Shown: positions 1 through 9,602, counted from the first letter of the stretch. The stretch: 64,000 nt of DNA from Solirubrobacteraceae bacterium (GCA_036379935.1 DASVFT010000166.1:3683-67682), one strand, 5' to 3'. The notes: generated from the letters alone by a model not told the origin. Numbers and translations are program-made.

Positions 1-605
1 ACGCCGAGGAGTACTACCGCGCGATGTTCCGCGGGGGCATCGAGACCTGGAACATGCGCGATCGGCACATGGCCGAGACGCTCGACGCCATCGTCGCCCA
101 CCTCACGAGCACCCAGGGCGAGACGAAGGCGGTCGTGTGGGAGCACAACTCGCATCTGGGCGACGCCCGCGCCACGGAGCTCGGACAGTCCGGCGAGCTC
201 AACGTCGGTCAGCTCGTGCGCGAGCGTCACGGCGACCAGGCCCTGCTCGTCGGCTTCACGACCTACACCGGCACGGTCACGGCGGCCTCGGACTGGGGCG
301 GGCCGGCGGAGCGCAGGCACGTTCGCCGGGCGCTGCCCGGAAGCTGGGAGGAGCTCTTTCACGAGCACGGCGTCGAGCGCTTCCTGCTGGACCCGCGTGA
401 GCTCCACGGACGGCTGCTCGAGCGCGCGATCGGCGTCGTCTACCGCCCCGAGACCGAGCGCATCTCCCACTACTTACACGCCCGCATCGCCGAGCAGTTC
501 GACGCCGTCATGCACCTCGACGAGACCCACGCGCTGGAGCCGCTGGAGCGCACGAGCCAGTGGGAGACCGGCGAGCTGCCCGAGACCTATCCATGGGGCG
601 TGTAG
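1..605 (+). CDS. erythromycin esterase family protein, C-terminal fragment (5' end lies outside the window)
   Basis: The reading frame is open to the window edge ([12 protein letters not shown]...). Segments [13 protein letters not shown] and [13 protein letters not shown] resemble the Ere-type esterase family. The call is from memory of the family and was not searched. Confidence 0.55.
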   Translation, partial: AEEYYRAMFRGGIETWNMRDRHMAETLDAIVAHLTSTQGETKAVVWEHNSHLGDARATELGQSGELNVGQLVRERHGDQALLVGFTTYTGTVTAASDWGGPAERRHVRRALPGSWEELFHEHGVERFLLDPRELHGRLLERAIGVVYRPETERISHYLHARIAEQFDAVMHLDETHALEPLERTSQWETGELPETYPWGV

Positions 606-741
606 GTCAGGTCTCGGGGCCGGGGACGGAGGCGGAGGACCTGCGGACCGCGCGCCTTCGCTTGGACGTCGACCTCCTCGGCGAGCGCGTGATCGGCGCG
701 ATCGACTGGCTGGCCTCGCACCTCCCGCGGTCGCCGACGCG

Positions 742-2046
742 CTAGATCGGCACCCCGGGGATCCAGTTCGTTCCGGCGAGCGGCACGCGCGCCATCGCGG
801 CGGCCTCGACAGTGAGCGCGACGAGGTCCTCGGGCTCGAGGTTCTGGACGTGTGACTTGCCGCAGGCGCGAGCGAGGGTCTGCGTCTCGAGGACCATGGT
901 GCGCAGGTAGTTGGCCAGCCGCCGGCCCCCGAGCTCGGGATCGAAGCGCGCGGCGAGCTCGTCGTTCTGCGTCGAGATCCCGACCGGGTCGCGGCCCTCC
1001 TGCCAGTCGTCGTAGAACCCCGGCGCGGTGCCGATGCGCTCGTAGTCGTCGGCGAAGGCAGGCGAGTTGTCGCCCAGCGCGATGAGCGCGGCCACCCCGA
1101 TCGAGACCGCGTCGGCCCCGAGCGCGAGCGCCTTGGCGACGTCGGCGCCCGAGCGGATCCCGCCCGAGACCACGAGCTGCACGCGGCGGTGCATGCCGAG
1201 CTCCTGGAGCGCCTCGACGGCGAGACGCACGGCCGGCAAGGTCGGTATCCCGACGTGCTCGATGAAGACGTCCTGGGTGGCCGCGGTCCCGCCCTGCATG
1301 CCGTCGAGCACAACGACGTCCGCGCCCGCCTTGACCGCGAGCGCCACGTCGAAGTACGTGCGCGACGCCCCGATCTTGACGAAGATCGGCTTCTCCCAGT
1401 CGGTGATCTCGCGCAGCTCCTCGATCTTGATCTCGAGATCGTCGGGCCCCGTCCAGTCGGGGTGACGGCACGCGCTGCGCTGGTCGATGCCCGGCGGGAG
1501 GTCGCGCATCTCCGCGACGCGGTCGGAGATCTTCTGGCCCAGGAGGATGCCGCCGCCGCCGGGCTTGGCGCCCTGCCCGATCACGATCTCGATGGCGTCG
1601 GCGCGGCGCAGGTCGTCGGGGTTCATCCCGTAGCGCGAGGGCAGGAGCTGGTAGACGAGGGTCTTCGAGGCCGCGCGCTCCTCGGGCGTCATGCCGCCGT
1701 CGCCCGTCGTCGTCGACGTGCCCATCATGCTCGCGCCGCGTCCCAGCGCCTCCTTGGCCGGCGCCGAGAGCGCACCGAAGCTCATCCCGGCGATGGTGAT
1801 CGGGATGTCGAGCTCCAGGGGGCGCTTGGCGTGCCTGGTGCCGAGCACGACGTTCGTGTCGCAACGCTCGCGGTAGCCCTCGAGCGGGTAGCGCGAGACG
1901 CTGGCACCCAGGAGCAGGAGGTCGTCGAAGTGGGGGAGGCGGCGCTTGGCGCCGAAGCCGCGGATGTCGTAGACGCCCTCGCGCGCGGCGCGCTGGATGT
2001 CGTCGATGACCTCGCGGCTGTAGAGGGCCGACTCGCGCAGCGCCAT
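742..2046 (-). CDS. FMN-binding glutamate synthase family protein (GltB domain 2 / GlxD / MgsC-like), cysteine-less variant
   Basis: 434 aa with IAGMSFGALS, GQGAKPGGGG and VVSGGIRSGADVAKALALGADAV motifs. It is the third gene of a GATase/GXGXG/FMN operon. Where the paralogue at 21957-23390 has CHTGRCPVGITTQ, this copy has QEGRDPVGISTQ with no Cys. Confidence 0.85.
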   Translation of the reverse strand: MALRESALYSREVIDDIQRAAREGVYDIRGFGAKRRLPHFDDLLLLGASVSRYPLEGYRERCDTNVVLGTRHAKRPLELDIPITIAGMSFGALSAPAKEALGRGASMMGTSTTTGDGGMTPEERAASKTLVYQLLPSRYGMNPDDLRRADAIEIVIGQGAKPGGGGILLGQKISDRVAEMRDLPPGIDQRSACRHPDWTGPDDLEIKIEELREITDWEKPIFVKIGASRTYFDVALAVKAGADVVVLDGMQGGTAATQDVFIEHVGIPTLPAVRLAVEALQELGMHRRVQLVVSGGIRSGADVAKALALGADAVSIGVAALIALGDNSPAFADDYERIGTAPGFYDDWQEGRDPVGISTQNDELAARFDPELGGRRLANYLRTMVLETQTLARACGKSHVQNLEPEDLVALTVEAAAMARVPLAGTNWIPGVPI

Positions 2047-2047
2047 C

Positions 2048-2761
2048 TCAGAAGTCCCCCGCCTGGTCGATGGTGAAGTTGTAGAGCCGGCGCGCCGATC
2101 CGTAGCGGCGGAAGTCGGCGGGGTCGGCGTCGCCCATCCCGGCCTGCTCGAGCAGCGCCCCGAGCGCCGAGCGATGCTCCTCGCGCAGCTCCTTCTCGAT
2201 GCAGTCGGCCCCCAGGCCCGTCGCCGTGCCGCGCACGAAGAGCTGGGCCTCGTAGAGCGAGTCGCCCAGCGCCTCGCCGGCCTCGCCGCACACCACGAGC
2301 CGGCCCTTCTGGGCCATGAACGCGCTCATGTGCCCGACCGAGCCGCGCACGACGATGTCGGCGCCCTTCATCGAGATGCCGCAGCGCGACGAGGCATCGC
2401 CCTGGATGACGAGGAGGCCGCCACGGCCCGTCGCCCCGGCCGACTGGCTGGCGTTGCCCTCGACGAGGACCGTGCCCGACATGATGTTCTCGGCCACCCC
2501 GACGCCGCAGTTGCCGTGCACGCGGACCGTGGCCTGCTGGTTCATGCCGGCGCAGTAGTAGCCGACGTGGCCCTCGACGTCGATCTCGAGCGGCGCGTCG
2601 AGCCCGACCGCGATGGCGTGCTTGCCGCCCGGGTTGACGATCCGCCAGCGCCGCGTCGGCCCCGCACCTTCGGCGGCGGCATGCAGGCGCGCATTGAGCT
2701 CGCGCAGCGACGTGGTCGCCAGGTCGAAGACCTCGACGGCCGGCTCGGTCTCCGTGGCCAT
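2048..2761 (-). CDS. GXGXG-motif protein (glutamate synthase domain 3 / GlxC / MgsB-like)
   Basis: 237 aa from the ATG at 2761, which forms an ATGA overlap with the upstream stop. It carries repeated beta-helix motifs VEGHVGYYCAGMN, VHGNCGVGVAENIMSG, VEGNASQSAGATGRGG and VRGSVGHMSAFMAQKG. Confidence 0.8.
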   Translation of the reverse strand: MATETEPAVEVFDLATTSLRELNARLHAAAEGAGPTRRWRIVNPGGKHAIAVGLDAPLEIDVEGHVGYYCAGMNQQATVRVHGNCGVGVAENIMSGTVLVEGNASQSAGATGRGGLLVIQGDASSRCGISMKGADIVVRGSVGHMSAFMAQKGRLVVCGEAGEALGDSLYEAQLFVRGTATGLGADCIEKELREEHRSALGALLEQAGMGDADPADFRRYGSARRLYNFTIDQAGDF

Positions 2762-3666
2762 CAGACGAGCGCGCGCTCCCACACGTACAGCGTGGCCGGC
2801 GCGGGCTCCCAGACGTTGGCGTCCTCGGCACCGGGCAGCACCGCGATCGCGCGGTACTCGGAGGCCATCGCCACCCAGTCGTCGGTCTCGGCGAGCACCG
2901 CGGGCTTGCAGGCGATGGGGTCGCGCAGCACGGCGAAGCCGTCGGCCGTCCCGACCGCGAAGGTGAAGAAGCCGTCGAGGTCGCGCAGGCAGCCATCGAG
3001 AGCCTCGCGCAGGTCGGCGCCCTCGCGCAGCCGCCAGGTCAGGTAGCCCGCGGCGACCTCGGTGTCGTTGTCCGTTTGGAAGGTCATGCCCTCGCGCTGG
3101 AGCTCGCGGCGCAGGCGGTTGTGGTTGGAGAGCGAGCCGTTGTGCACGAGGCAGAGGTCCAGGCCCGTGGAGAAGGGATGGGAGTGCTGGGTGGTGACCC
3201 GGCTCTCGGTGGCCATGCGCGTGTGTCCGAGCGCGTGGCTGCCCTGGATGTCGTCGAGCGCGAACCGCGCGACGAAGTCCGACGGGAGTCCGGCCTCCTT
3301 GTAGATCTCGATGCGCTCGCCGACGCTCATCACGCGCAGCTCGGGGTGGCGCTCGCGCAGCCAGGTCTGGATGCGCTCGCCGTCGGCGTCGACGACGAAG
3401 ACCGCGTGGCTGGCGCGCACCTCGGGCTCGGGGTCGCCGCCGAAGGCGCCCGCCAGGCCCTCGGCCACCCGCGCCCAGTCGTAGCCGGGCTCGGGCGAGA
3501 ACAGCGAGACCTTGCTGGCGCCGGGCGGCGCCGGGTCGCGGTAGATCGCCACCCCCGCGCTGTCGGGGCCGCGGTCGTTGAGCTGCGAGAGCATGGCCCC
3601 GAGGTGCTCGCCGAGGCGGTCGGTGACCACCGCAGACTTCCCGAACAGGCCGACGATTCCGCACAT
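2761..3666 (-). CDS. class II (Ntn) glutamine amidotransferase (GltB domain 1 / GlxB / MgsA-like)
   Basis: 301 aa starting MCGIVG (Cys1 nucleophile), with HTRMATES and VHNGSLSNH motifs. It is the first gene of the trio. Confidence 0.85.
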   Translation of the reverse strand: MCGIVGLFGKSAVVTDRLGEHLGAMLSQLNDRGPDSAGVAIYRDPAPPGASKVSLFSPEPGYDWARVAEGLAGAFGGDPEPEVRASHAVFVVDADGERIQTWLRERHPELRVMSVGERIEIYKEAGLPSDFVARFALDDIQGSHALGHTRMATESRVTTQHSHPFSTGLDLCLVHNGSLSNHNRLRRELQREGMTFQTDNDTEVAAGYLTWRLREGADLREALDGCLRDLDGFFTFAVGTADGFAVLRDPIACKPAVLAETDDWVAMASEYRAIAVLPGAEDANVWEPAPATLYVWERALV

Positions 3667-3741
3667 GGCGCGATCTTAGTGTCGCCCACCACCACCGGCA
3701 GTGGGCAGGAACCCCACAATTCGGCGGAAGGTTATGTGACT

Positions 3742-4953
3742 TCAGTCCATGTCCAGGAGCCCAAGCCGGCTCGCCAACCACGGCGCGGGCACGGCCTGTA
3801 CGGCCAGCGTGACGATGATCGCGAGCGCGACGACGCTCGCGAGCTGTTCGCCGTTCGGGACCGCCAGCGCCGCGAGCACGCCGACCAGCGCGGCGGGCAC
3901 GACGCCCGTCTCGCGGGTCCAGCACACAAAAGCCAGCTCCGCGCGGCTCCAGCGGCTGCGCCGGTCCGGGAGCATGCAGATCGCCACCGTCGCCGGGCGC
4001 GCGACGAGCAGCAGGACCGCGACCACCGCCAGGCCGGGAAGGAGGTCCTCACCGAGCCTGTGGAAGGGCAGGTTGGCGCCCACCAGCACGAAGACGAAGA
4101 TCGTCACGATGTCCGCGAGGCTGCGCGCCGTGATGACGAGGTCGCGCTTGTGCTCGTCGTGCATCGAGAGCCCGAGCATGCGCATGTTCCCGACGATGAG
4201 GCCGGCGAGGAAGGCGCCCAGATAGCCGCTGCCACCCGCGAAGTCGAGCGAGACGTACGACATCGCCACGACGGCCAGCACCGCGATCGCCGCGGACTCA
4301 CGCCAGATGCCCGCGCGGCGGCTCGAGATCGCCGCCGATAGCACGATGCCGGCCAGTACGCCCCCCGCCGTGCTCAGCGCGAGCTGGCCGACGAAGTCTC
4401 CCGCCGGTCCCGTCAGCGAGTCGTGCCCGGAGAGCAGCGCGCCGGCGACGGCGAGCGCGAGCACCGCGCCCGTCGGGTCGTTGAAGGCCGACTCGGCCAC
4501 CACGGTCTGGGCAACCTTCGGACGCAGGCGCGAGCCGATGAAGAGCGGGATCAGGATCGCCGGGTCGGTCGGGGAGAGCACCGCCCCGATGAGAAGCCCC
4601 TGCTCGAACGGAAGGCCGAAGACCAGCGCGGCCGCCCCACCGGTGATGAGCGCGGTGACGATGACGCCTGGCACCGCGAGCAGGCCGAGGCTGAGCCAGA
4701 CCTTGCGCAGGATGTCGAGCGACAGGTTCAGCCCGCCGTAGAAGAGGATCGAGGACACGCCGAGGGTGAACACGAGCTGGGCGCCGAGCGAGTCGAGCGG
4801 GACGTCGAGCACGTCGAGCGCCGAAGGACCCAGCAGCGCCCCGAGGCCGAGCAGGAAGACGATCTCGGGGACGCGCAGCAGCGTGGCCAGCAGCCGGGCG
4901 ACGAGCCCGGCCACGAGCAGGAGGCTGAGCGTCAGGATGATGTCGCGCGTCAT
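3742..4953 (-). CDS. cation:proton antiporter (Na+/H+ exchanger family)
   Basis: 403 aa, polytopic, with a VAESAFNDPTGAV motif typical of NhaP/CPA1-type exchangers. It has an ATGA overlap with the upstream gene. Confidence 0.8.
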   Translation of the reverse strand: MTRDIILTLSLLLVAGLVARLLATLLRVPEIVFLLGLGALLGPSALDVLDVPLDSLGAQLVFTLGVSSILFYGGLNLSLDILRKVWLSLGLLAVPGVIVTALITGGAAALVFGLPFEQGLLIGAVLSPTDPAILIPLFIGSRLRPKVAQTVVAESAFNDPTGAVLALAVAGALLSGHDSLTGPAGDFVGQLALSTAGGVLAGIVLSAAISSRRAGIWRESAAIAVLAVVAMSYVSLDFAGGSGYLGAFLAGLIVGNMRMLGLSMHDEHKRDLVITARSLADIVTIFVFVLVGANLPFHRLGEDLLPGLAVVAVLLLVARPATVAICMLPDRRSRWSRAELAFVCWTRETGVVPAALVGVLAALAVPNGEQLASVVALAIIVTLAVQAVPAPWLASRLGLLDMD

Positions 4954-5597
4954 GGCTCACGGTCGGCATGTCGCTCCAGGGCGAGGCGGGCGATGTCCGC
5001 CGCCGTCAGGAGCAGCAGCACGATGAGCACCCCCGCGCCCAGGGCGACGACCACGAGCGTCTTCTTGGCGTCGGTGAGGCGCTGGTCGAACTGGCGTTCG
5101 ACCTCGGCGGTCCGCCGCGACTCCTCGCCGGCGAGCTGACTCGCCGCGGCGGCCATCGCCTCGAAGTTTCGGATCTCAGGTCCGAGGAAGAGCTGTCGAA
5201 CCCGGCTCTCACGGCCCGCGCGCAACGCGCGGTAGGCGACCACGTCGAGCGCCATGAAGGCGTCGAACGAGGTGCGCAGGCGGGCGAGCAGCGCGCGCTC
5301 GCGCGGCTCGGTGAGCTGGCGCTGCGCCGTGGCCAGCAGCCGCCCGACGTTTTGCGCAGAGCGCTCGAACTGCGACCGGCTGCGCCCGTTGTCGTAGCCG
5401 TAGGCGGTCTGCCAGCCGTTGACGTCGGTGACCGCGAACTTGATCTCCAGCGCCAGCGCCTGGCGGTCGGAGCGCGCCGAGACCTCGTCGAAGCGGTCGC
5501 TGAGCGATTGGAAGGCCGTGAAGGCCACGCCGATGGTGATCACCGGTCCCAGGACCGTCATCACGATCGCCGCGTAGAGCTTGGCGCGGATGGTCAC
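4950..5597 (-). CDS. membrane protein with four-helix-bundle (MCP-N-terminal-like) sensor domain and no output domain
   Basis: 215 aa. It has an N-terminal TM (LYAAIVMTVLGPVITIGVAF), a long helical periplasmic-type region, and a second TM (LVVVALGAGVLIVLLLL) near the C-terminus. Confidence 0.5.
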   Translation of the reverse strand: MTIRAKLYAAIVMTVLGPVITIGVAFTAFQSLSDRFDEVSARSDRQALALEIKFAVTDVNGWQTAYGYDNGRSRSQFERSAQNVGRLLATAQRQLTEPRERALLARLRTSFDAFMALDVVAYRALRAGRESRVRQLFLGPEIRNFEAMAAAASQLAGEESRRTAEVERQFDQRLTDAKKTLVVVALGAGVLIVLLLLTAADIARLALERHADREP

Positions 5598-5627
5598 GCG
5601 GCGAGTATCCTCGCCCGCCAGGTCGGG

Positions 5628-5855
5628 ATGCTGCCCTTCTTCCTCTTCGACACGGTCCCGGACATCCTGTGGCTGTCGCTCGCGGGCCTCGTGTACCTCG
5701 CCTGGATCGAGGTGCGCCGGGAGCCAGATCTCGTGCCCCAGGCCAAGCTGTGGTGGTGCCTGCTCGTCTTCCTGCTCAACCTCCCGGGCTACGTCGTGCT
5801 CAGGGTCTGGGTGGCGCTTCGGCGACGACGGCGCGCCTCAGACGCACGAGCTTGA
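5628..5855 (+). CDS. small 2-TM protein, PLD-nuclease-N-terminal (PLDc_N)-like
   Basis: 75 aa from the ATG at 5628. LAWIEVRREPDLVPQAKLWWCLLVFLLNLPGYVVLRVW matches the PLDc_N pattern (W..D....P.....K..W...I.llP..G...Y). The 3' end overlaps the convergent regulator gene by 56 nt. Confidence 0.45.
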   Translation: MLPFFLFDTVPDILWLSLAGLVYLAWIEVRREPDLVPQAKLWWCLLVFLLNLPGYVVLRVWVALRRRRRASDARA

Positions 5856-7494
5856 CCGCGAGCTCCAGCGACAGCAGGTCCTCCGTGGCCAGCTCGAGCC
5901 CCGTCAGCTTCTCGATGCGATCGAGGCGCTGACGCAGGGTGTTGGCGTGGATGAAGAGCTTGCGCGCCGTGCTGGTGCCCACACGGCGCTCGGCGAGGTA
6001 CTGCTCGAGCGTGGCGAGCAGCTGCGTCTCGCGGCGCTCGTCGTAGGCCAGCAGCCGCTCGACCGCCTCGCACAGGCGGTCGTGCGGCGCGTCGTCGAGA
6101 GCGAGGTGCACGAGGTAGCGGTACGCCCCCAGCTCGTCGTAGGCGAGCGCGCCACCGGCCGGGGTCAGGGCCCGCGCGATGGTGGCGGCGTCCTCGGCCT
6201 GGCGCAGGCTGTCGTCCGCGGCGTCGGCGCCCGAGCGCACGGCGCTGATGCCGATCGCCACGCCCTCGCTCGCGCCGAGGTCGCGCAGCGCCGCCACGTC
6301 ACCGCGCTCCGCGCCCTCCGCCAGGGGAAGCAGGCCCCGCAGCGCCTCGCGCCCCGCGTCCACGAGCGCTCCGGCCTCGAGGTTGCGCAGCCGCGTCTCC
6401 ACATGCCCGGCCACGGCGGGCCACGCCGGCGCGTCCTCGCCGTGGCGCACGGGACGGGCGTGGATGAAGACGTGGGGCCGGGCGAGGTCGCAGCCCGCGG
6501 CGCGCGCGTTCGCCTCGGCGATGTCGAGCGCGCCGTCCTCGAGCGCCTCGAAGAGCGCCCGGACCAGGTTCTCGGCCGTCAGGCGCTCGATGTGCTCGGC
6601 GTTGCGCAGCGCGAGGGCGGCCTGGTTGGCGACCGCCTGGAGCAGCTCCTCCTCGTGCTGGGCGGGCGACGCGCGCACGCCCGAGCGCACGGCGACGAGG
6701 GCCCCCAGCTCCTCGCGCTCGTCGCGCAACGCGGCGCGGCACTCGACGTGCGGCTCGGGGAGCTCGCCCGGCGGATCGGAGGCGACGAGCTCCAGCGCGC
6801 CGTCCTCGCGGTTACGCAGCTGCAGCTGGCAGGCGTCGCACCCCAGCAGCCGGCGCACGCCACCCGTGAGCACGCGGTAGAGCTCCTCGCGACCGTTGAC
6901 CGCGACGATCCGCTCGCTGAGCTCGGCGAGGTTGGTGAGCGCGTCGACGCGCAGGCGGGTCTCCTCGTAGAGGCGCGCGTTCTCGATCGCCCCGGCGACG
7001 AGCGAGGCGGTGTGCACAAGGAAGTTGAGCACGCCCTCGTCGAACTCGCGCGGCGCGGCGGTGTGCAGGACGACCACACCCAGCACCTCGCCCGAGCGGG
7101 CGGGCACCGGGACCGCCACCATCGACTGAAAGCGCTCCTCCTCGAGCTGGGGCACGTACTTCATGCGCGGGTCTGAGAGCGCGTCCTCGCGGATGAAGGC
7201 CGGCTTGCCGGTGCGCGCGACCCAGCCCGTCAGGCCCTCGTCGAGCGTGAACTCGATCTCGCCCACCAGGTGGGCGTAGATGCGCGACGCGGCGCGCATG
7301 CGCAGGCGCTCGCCGTCGCGCAGGTAGACGAAGCAGGCGTGGCACTCCGTCGCCTCGGTGACCAGCTCGACGATGCCGTTGAGGACGCGCGACAGGTCAA
7401 GCGAGGAGCCGACCGCGCTGATGATCGCGTACAGCGTGTCGGACTCGAGCCGTACCCGCTCGAGTTGTGCCGCCAGGTCGCTGCGCCCCGCCAC
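5800..7494 (-). CDS. GAF-domain / PucR-family transcriptional regulator
   Basis: 564 aa. The N-terminal region is GAF-like (VAVPVPARSGEVLGVVVLH). The C-terminus carries a PucR-type HTH (STARKLFIHANTLRQRLDRIEKLTG). It is divergent from the amt operon. Confidence 0.8.
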   Translation of the reverse strand: MAGRSDLAAQLERVRLESDTLYAIISAVGSSLDLSRVLNGIVELVTEATECHACFVYLRDGERLRMRAASRIYAHLVGEIEFTLDEGLTGWVARTGKPAFIREDALSDPRMKYVPQLEEERFQSMVAVPVPARSGEVLGVVVLHTAAPREFDEGVLNFLVHTASLVAGAIENARLYEETRLRVDALTNLAELSERIVAVNGREELYRVLTGGVRRLLGCDACQLQLRNREDGALELVASDPPGELPEPHVECRAALRDEREELGALVAVRSGVRASPAQHEEELLQAVANQAALALRNAEHIERLTAENLVRALFEALEDGALDIAEANARAAGCDLARPHVFIHARPVRHGEDAPAWPAVAGHVETRLRNLEAGALVDAGREALRGLLPLAEGAERGDVAALRDLGASEGVAIGISAVRSGADAADDSLRQAEDAATIARALTPAGGALAYDELGAYRYLVHLALDDAPHDRLCEAVERLLAYDERRETQLLATLEQYLAERRVGTSTARKLFIHANTLRQRLDRIEKLTGLELATEDLLSLELAVKLVRLRRAVVAEAPPRP

Positions 7495-7645
7495 GGCACG
7501 ATGCTACCGGCCGCTATGTACCCCGCATACATGAATTCGGCCGAAATGGTGGCCTCAAGCCACATTGCCCGGTGCGCGCGCCACTGGATAGAACTATCGC
7601 GACCCCGTCGTGCGGGGACATCGGTGGCCGTAGAGAGGGGACTGG

Positions 7646-9118
7646 ATGCTGTCGTTCATCTTCGCCCAGGTCAAGTCGCTCGAGGAAGCGGCCCCAACGC
7701 AGTCCCTGACGCAGGACTCCGCCGTCCTGGGCGAGCAGTTCTACTTCTTCACGGTCGTCTTGATGTGGCTGATCCACGCCGGCTTCATGTCCTACGAGGC
7801 CGGCGTCGCCCGACGCAAGAACGTCATGGCGACGGCGATGAAGAACATCCTCACGATCGCCGTCGTGACGCCGACCTTCTACTACTTCGGCTGGTGGGTC
7901 TACAACTGCAATCAGGCGGGCCTGCCGATCGGCCCCAACTCCTCGGACTTCACCGCCGCCGCATGCCAGGGCGGCATCCCGTGGAGTGACGCGTTCGGCC
8001 CCAACCTGACGAACAACATCAACCTGATCTTCTTCCTCGCCTTCCTGCTCTTCTCGTGGACGACGGCCTCGATCATGTCGGGCGCGATCATCGAGCGGGC
8101 GCGCATCTCGGCCTATCTCGTGCTCGCCGCCCTGCTCGGCTCGGTCGTGTGGATCCTCGACGCGGCATGGGGCTGGAGCGCGGGCGGCTGGCTCACCATG
8201 CGCTTCGGGTTCCACGACTCCATCGCCTCCGCGGTGGTCCACGGCGTGGCGGGAGCGTTCACTCTCGGGGTGCTGTTCAACGTCGGGCCGCGAATAGGCA
8301 AGTACACGAAGGACGGGCTGACGCGCGCGTTCAGGCCCCACAACCTGCACATCACCGCGCTCGGGCTGATGCTGATCTTCACCGGGTTCTACGCGTTCTA
8401 CGGCGCGTGCCTGGTGATCGCCTCGACCTCGTTCCCGGGGTGGGCCAACATCTACCTGAGCCCGACGACGCTCGGCTCGATCACCATGGTCATCACCATG
8501 GGGTTCGCGGGCGGCTTCACCGGCGGCTACTTCGCCAGCCGCGGCGATCCGTTCTGGACCATCTCCGGCGGCCTGGCAGGGGTCATCGGCGTCTCGGCCG
8601 GCGCGGACGTCTACGCACCGACCCTCGCCTACCTGGTCTCGATGCTCACGGCCGTCCTCGCGGTCTACGCCGGCGGCTGGATCGAGACCAAGATGCGCGT
8701 CGACGATGCCGTCGGGGCGGTGGCCGTGCACGGCTGCTCCGGCTTCCTCGGGATCCTGTGGGTCGGCGTCTTCGCCGCCGGATACCCGACGGGGATCAAC
8801 AACGTCGAGAGCTCGATCGGGGGCCAGCTCATGGGCCTGGCGACCTTCCTCCCGCTCGGCTTCCTGTCCGGCTGGGTGGCGTCCTACGTGCTCAAGCGCC
8901 TGAACCTCCTGCGCGTCCCCGTCGAGGTCGAGCTCGAGGGCCTGGACCTGGCGGAGTACGAGACCGACTTCTACCCCGAGCACGCCCGGGCGCCCGAGGT
9001 GATCGTCGAGCCCGACGGCTCGCTCACCCCGGGCGAGGAGCTGCTGCCGCGCGAGCTCGCGTCGCTCACCAACGGCGCCAGACCGAACGACCGAGTCGGC
9101 GCGGGAGTGGGGGGATAG
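7646..9118 (+). CDS. amt: ammonium (possibly methylammonium) transporter, Amt/MEP/Rh family
   Basis: 490 aa, polytopic. FHDSIASAVVHGVAGAFTLGVLF and VDDAVGAVAVHGCSGFLGILWVGVFA correspond to the conserved Asp and twin-His regions of AmtB. The SD sequence GAGAGGGGA lies upstream of the ATG. Confidence 0.9.
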   Translation: MLSFIFAQVKSLEEAAPTQSLTQDSAVLGEQFYFFTVVLMWLIHAGFMSYEAGVARRKNVMATAMKNILTIAVVTPTFYYFGWWVYNCNQAGLPIGPNSSDFTAAACQGGIPWSDAFGPNLTNNINLIFFLAFLLFSWTTASIMSGAIIERARISAYLVLAALLGSVVWILDAAWGWSAGGWLTMRFGFHDSIASAVVHGVAGAFTLGVLFNVGPRIGKYTKDGLTRAFRPHNLHITALGLMLIFTGFYAFYGACLVIASTSFPGWANIYLSPTTLGSITMVITMGFAGGFTGGYFASRGDPFWTISGGLAGVIGVSAGADVYAPTLAYLVSMLTAVLAVYAGGWIETKMRVDDAVGAVAVHGCSGFLGILWVGVFAAGYPTGINNVESSIGGQLMGLATFLPLGFLSGWVASYVLKRLNLLRVPVEVELEGLDLAEYETDFYPEHARAPEVIVEPDGSLTPGEELLPRELASLTNGARPNDRVGAGVGG

Positions 9119-9268
9119 ATGCTCAGCTTCCTGATCAGCCTGGCCATCATGTTCAGCCTCGTGGGCGCCTGCGTCACGTGGGCCAAGCGCGAGGAGCGCC
9201 GGCGGATGGCCGCCGACGAGCTCGACCCAATCCAGGAGGTGCTCGGCGGTGCCCGGGATCATCGATAG
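9119..9268 (+). CDS. 49-aa single-TM protein
   Basis: It is too short for the ORF track and was read from the sequence: MLSFLISLAIMFSLVGACVTWAKREERRRMAADELDPIQEVLGGARDHR. The ATG directly abuts the amt stop (TAGATG), preceded by GGGGGGA. Confidence 0.4.
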   Translation: MLSFLISLAIMFSLVGACVTWAKREERRRMAADELDPIQEVLGGARDHR

Positions 9269-9584
9269 CGCGCCCGACTGCATCACCCACGTCAGCGGCG
9301 CGAAGCCGCCCGACGATTCGGCGGACTTCATCATCCAGGCCGCCTACGCGAAGTGCCAGGGGATCATGACCTTCGGCCCGGGCTCCACCTACGGCGACGG
9401 CGGCGCGGGCGCCGCTGGGTCCTACATGGTGCTGACGTGGATCGGGATCATCGTCATGGTGGCGGTCATCGTGGCCTGGGTCGTGTACGAGGACCGGCGT
9501 CTGTGGCGGCACGTCGCCCGCATCCAGGGACGGCCCCGCGGCGGGCCGGCCGCCGGCGTGACCGAACGTCCCGTGACGGATTAG
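9249..9584 (+). CDS. 111-aa membrane protein (one C-terminal TM)
   Basis: The GTG start is preceded by AGGAGG at about 9 nt. TM segment: SYMVLTWIGIIVMVAVIVAWVVY. An alternative ATG at 9366 (MTFGPGS) is possible. Confidence 0.45.
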   Translation: MPGIIDSAPDCITHVSGAKPPDDSADFIIQAAYAKCQGIMTFGPGSTYGDGGAGAAGSYMVLTWIGIIVMVAVIVAWVVYEDRRLWRHVARIQGRPRGGPAAGVTERPVTD

Positions 9585-9602
9585 CGAGAGGAAGAGAGCA
9601 GC

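Noticed and set aside
587-1864. Long Arg/Ala/Gly/Pro-rich ORFs antisense to or out of frame with well-supported genes. Examples: 587-1864, 1782-2996, 7514-9334, 12620-15259, 28348-29592, 44899-47994, 45207-48932, 57448-59721, 59487-61403.
   Set aside because: Their composition is typical of shadow ORFs in very GC-rich DNA, with few stop codons in any frame. Each overlaps a gene with clear family motifs, and none shows recognisable motifs of its own.
7516-7532. Inverted repeat ATGTA-N7-TACAT in the pucR/amt divergent region, and the small hairpin CCCCG-tcgtg-CGGGG nearer the amt start.
   Set aside because: The arms are only 5 bp, which is expected by chance in 150 bp. There is no second copy to support a motif.
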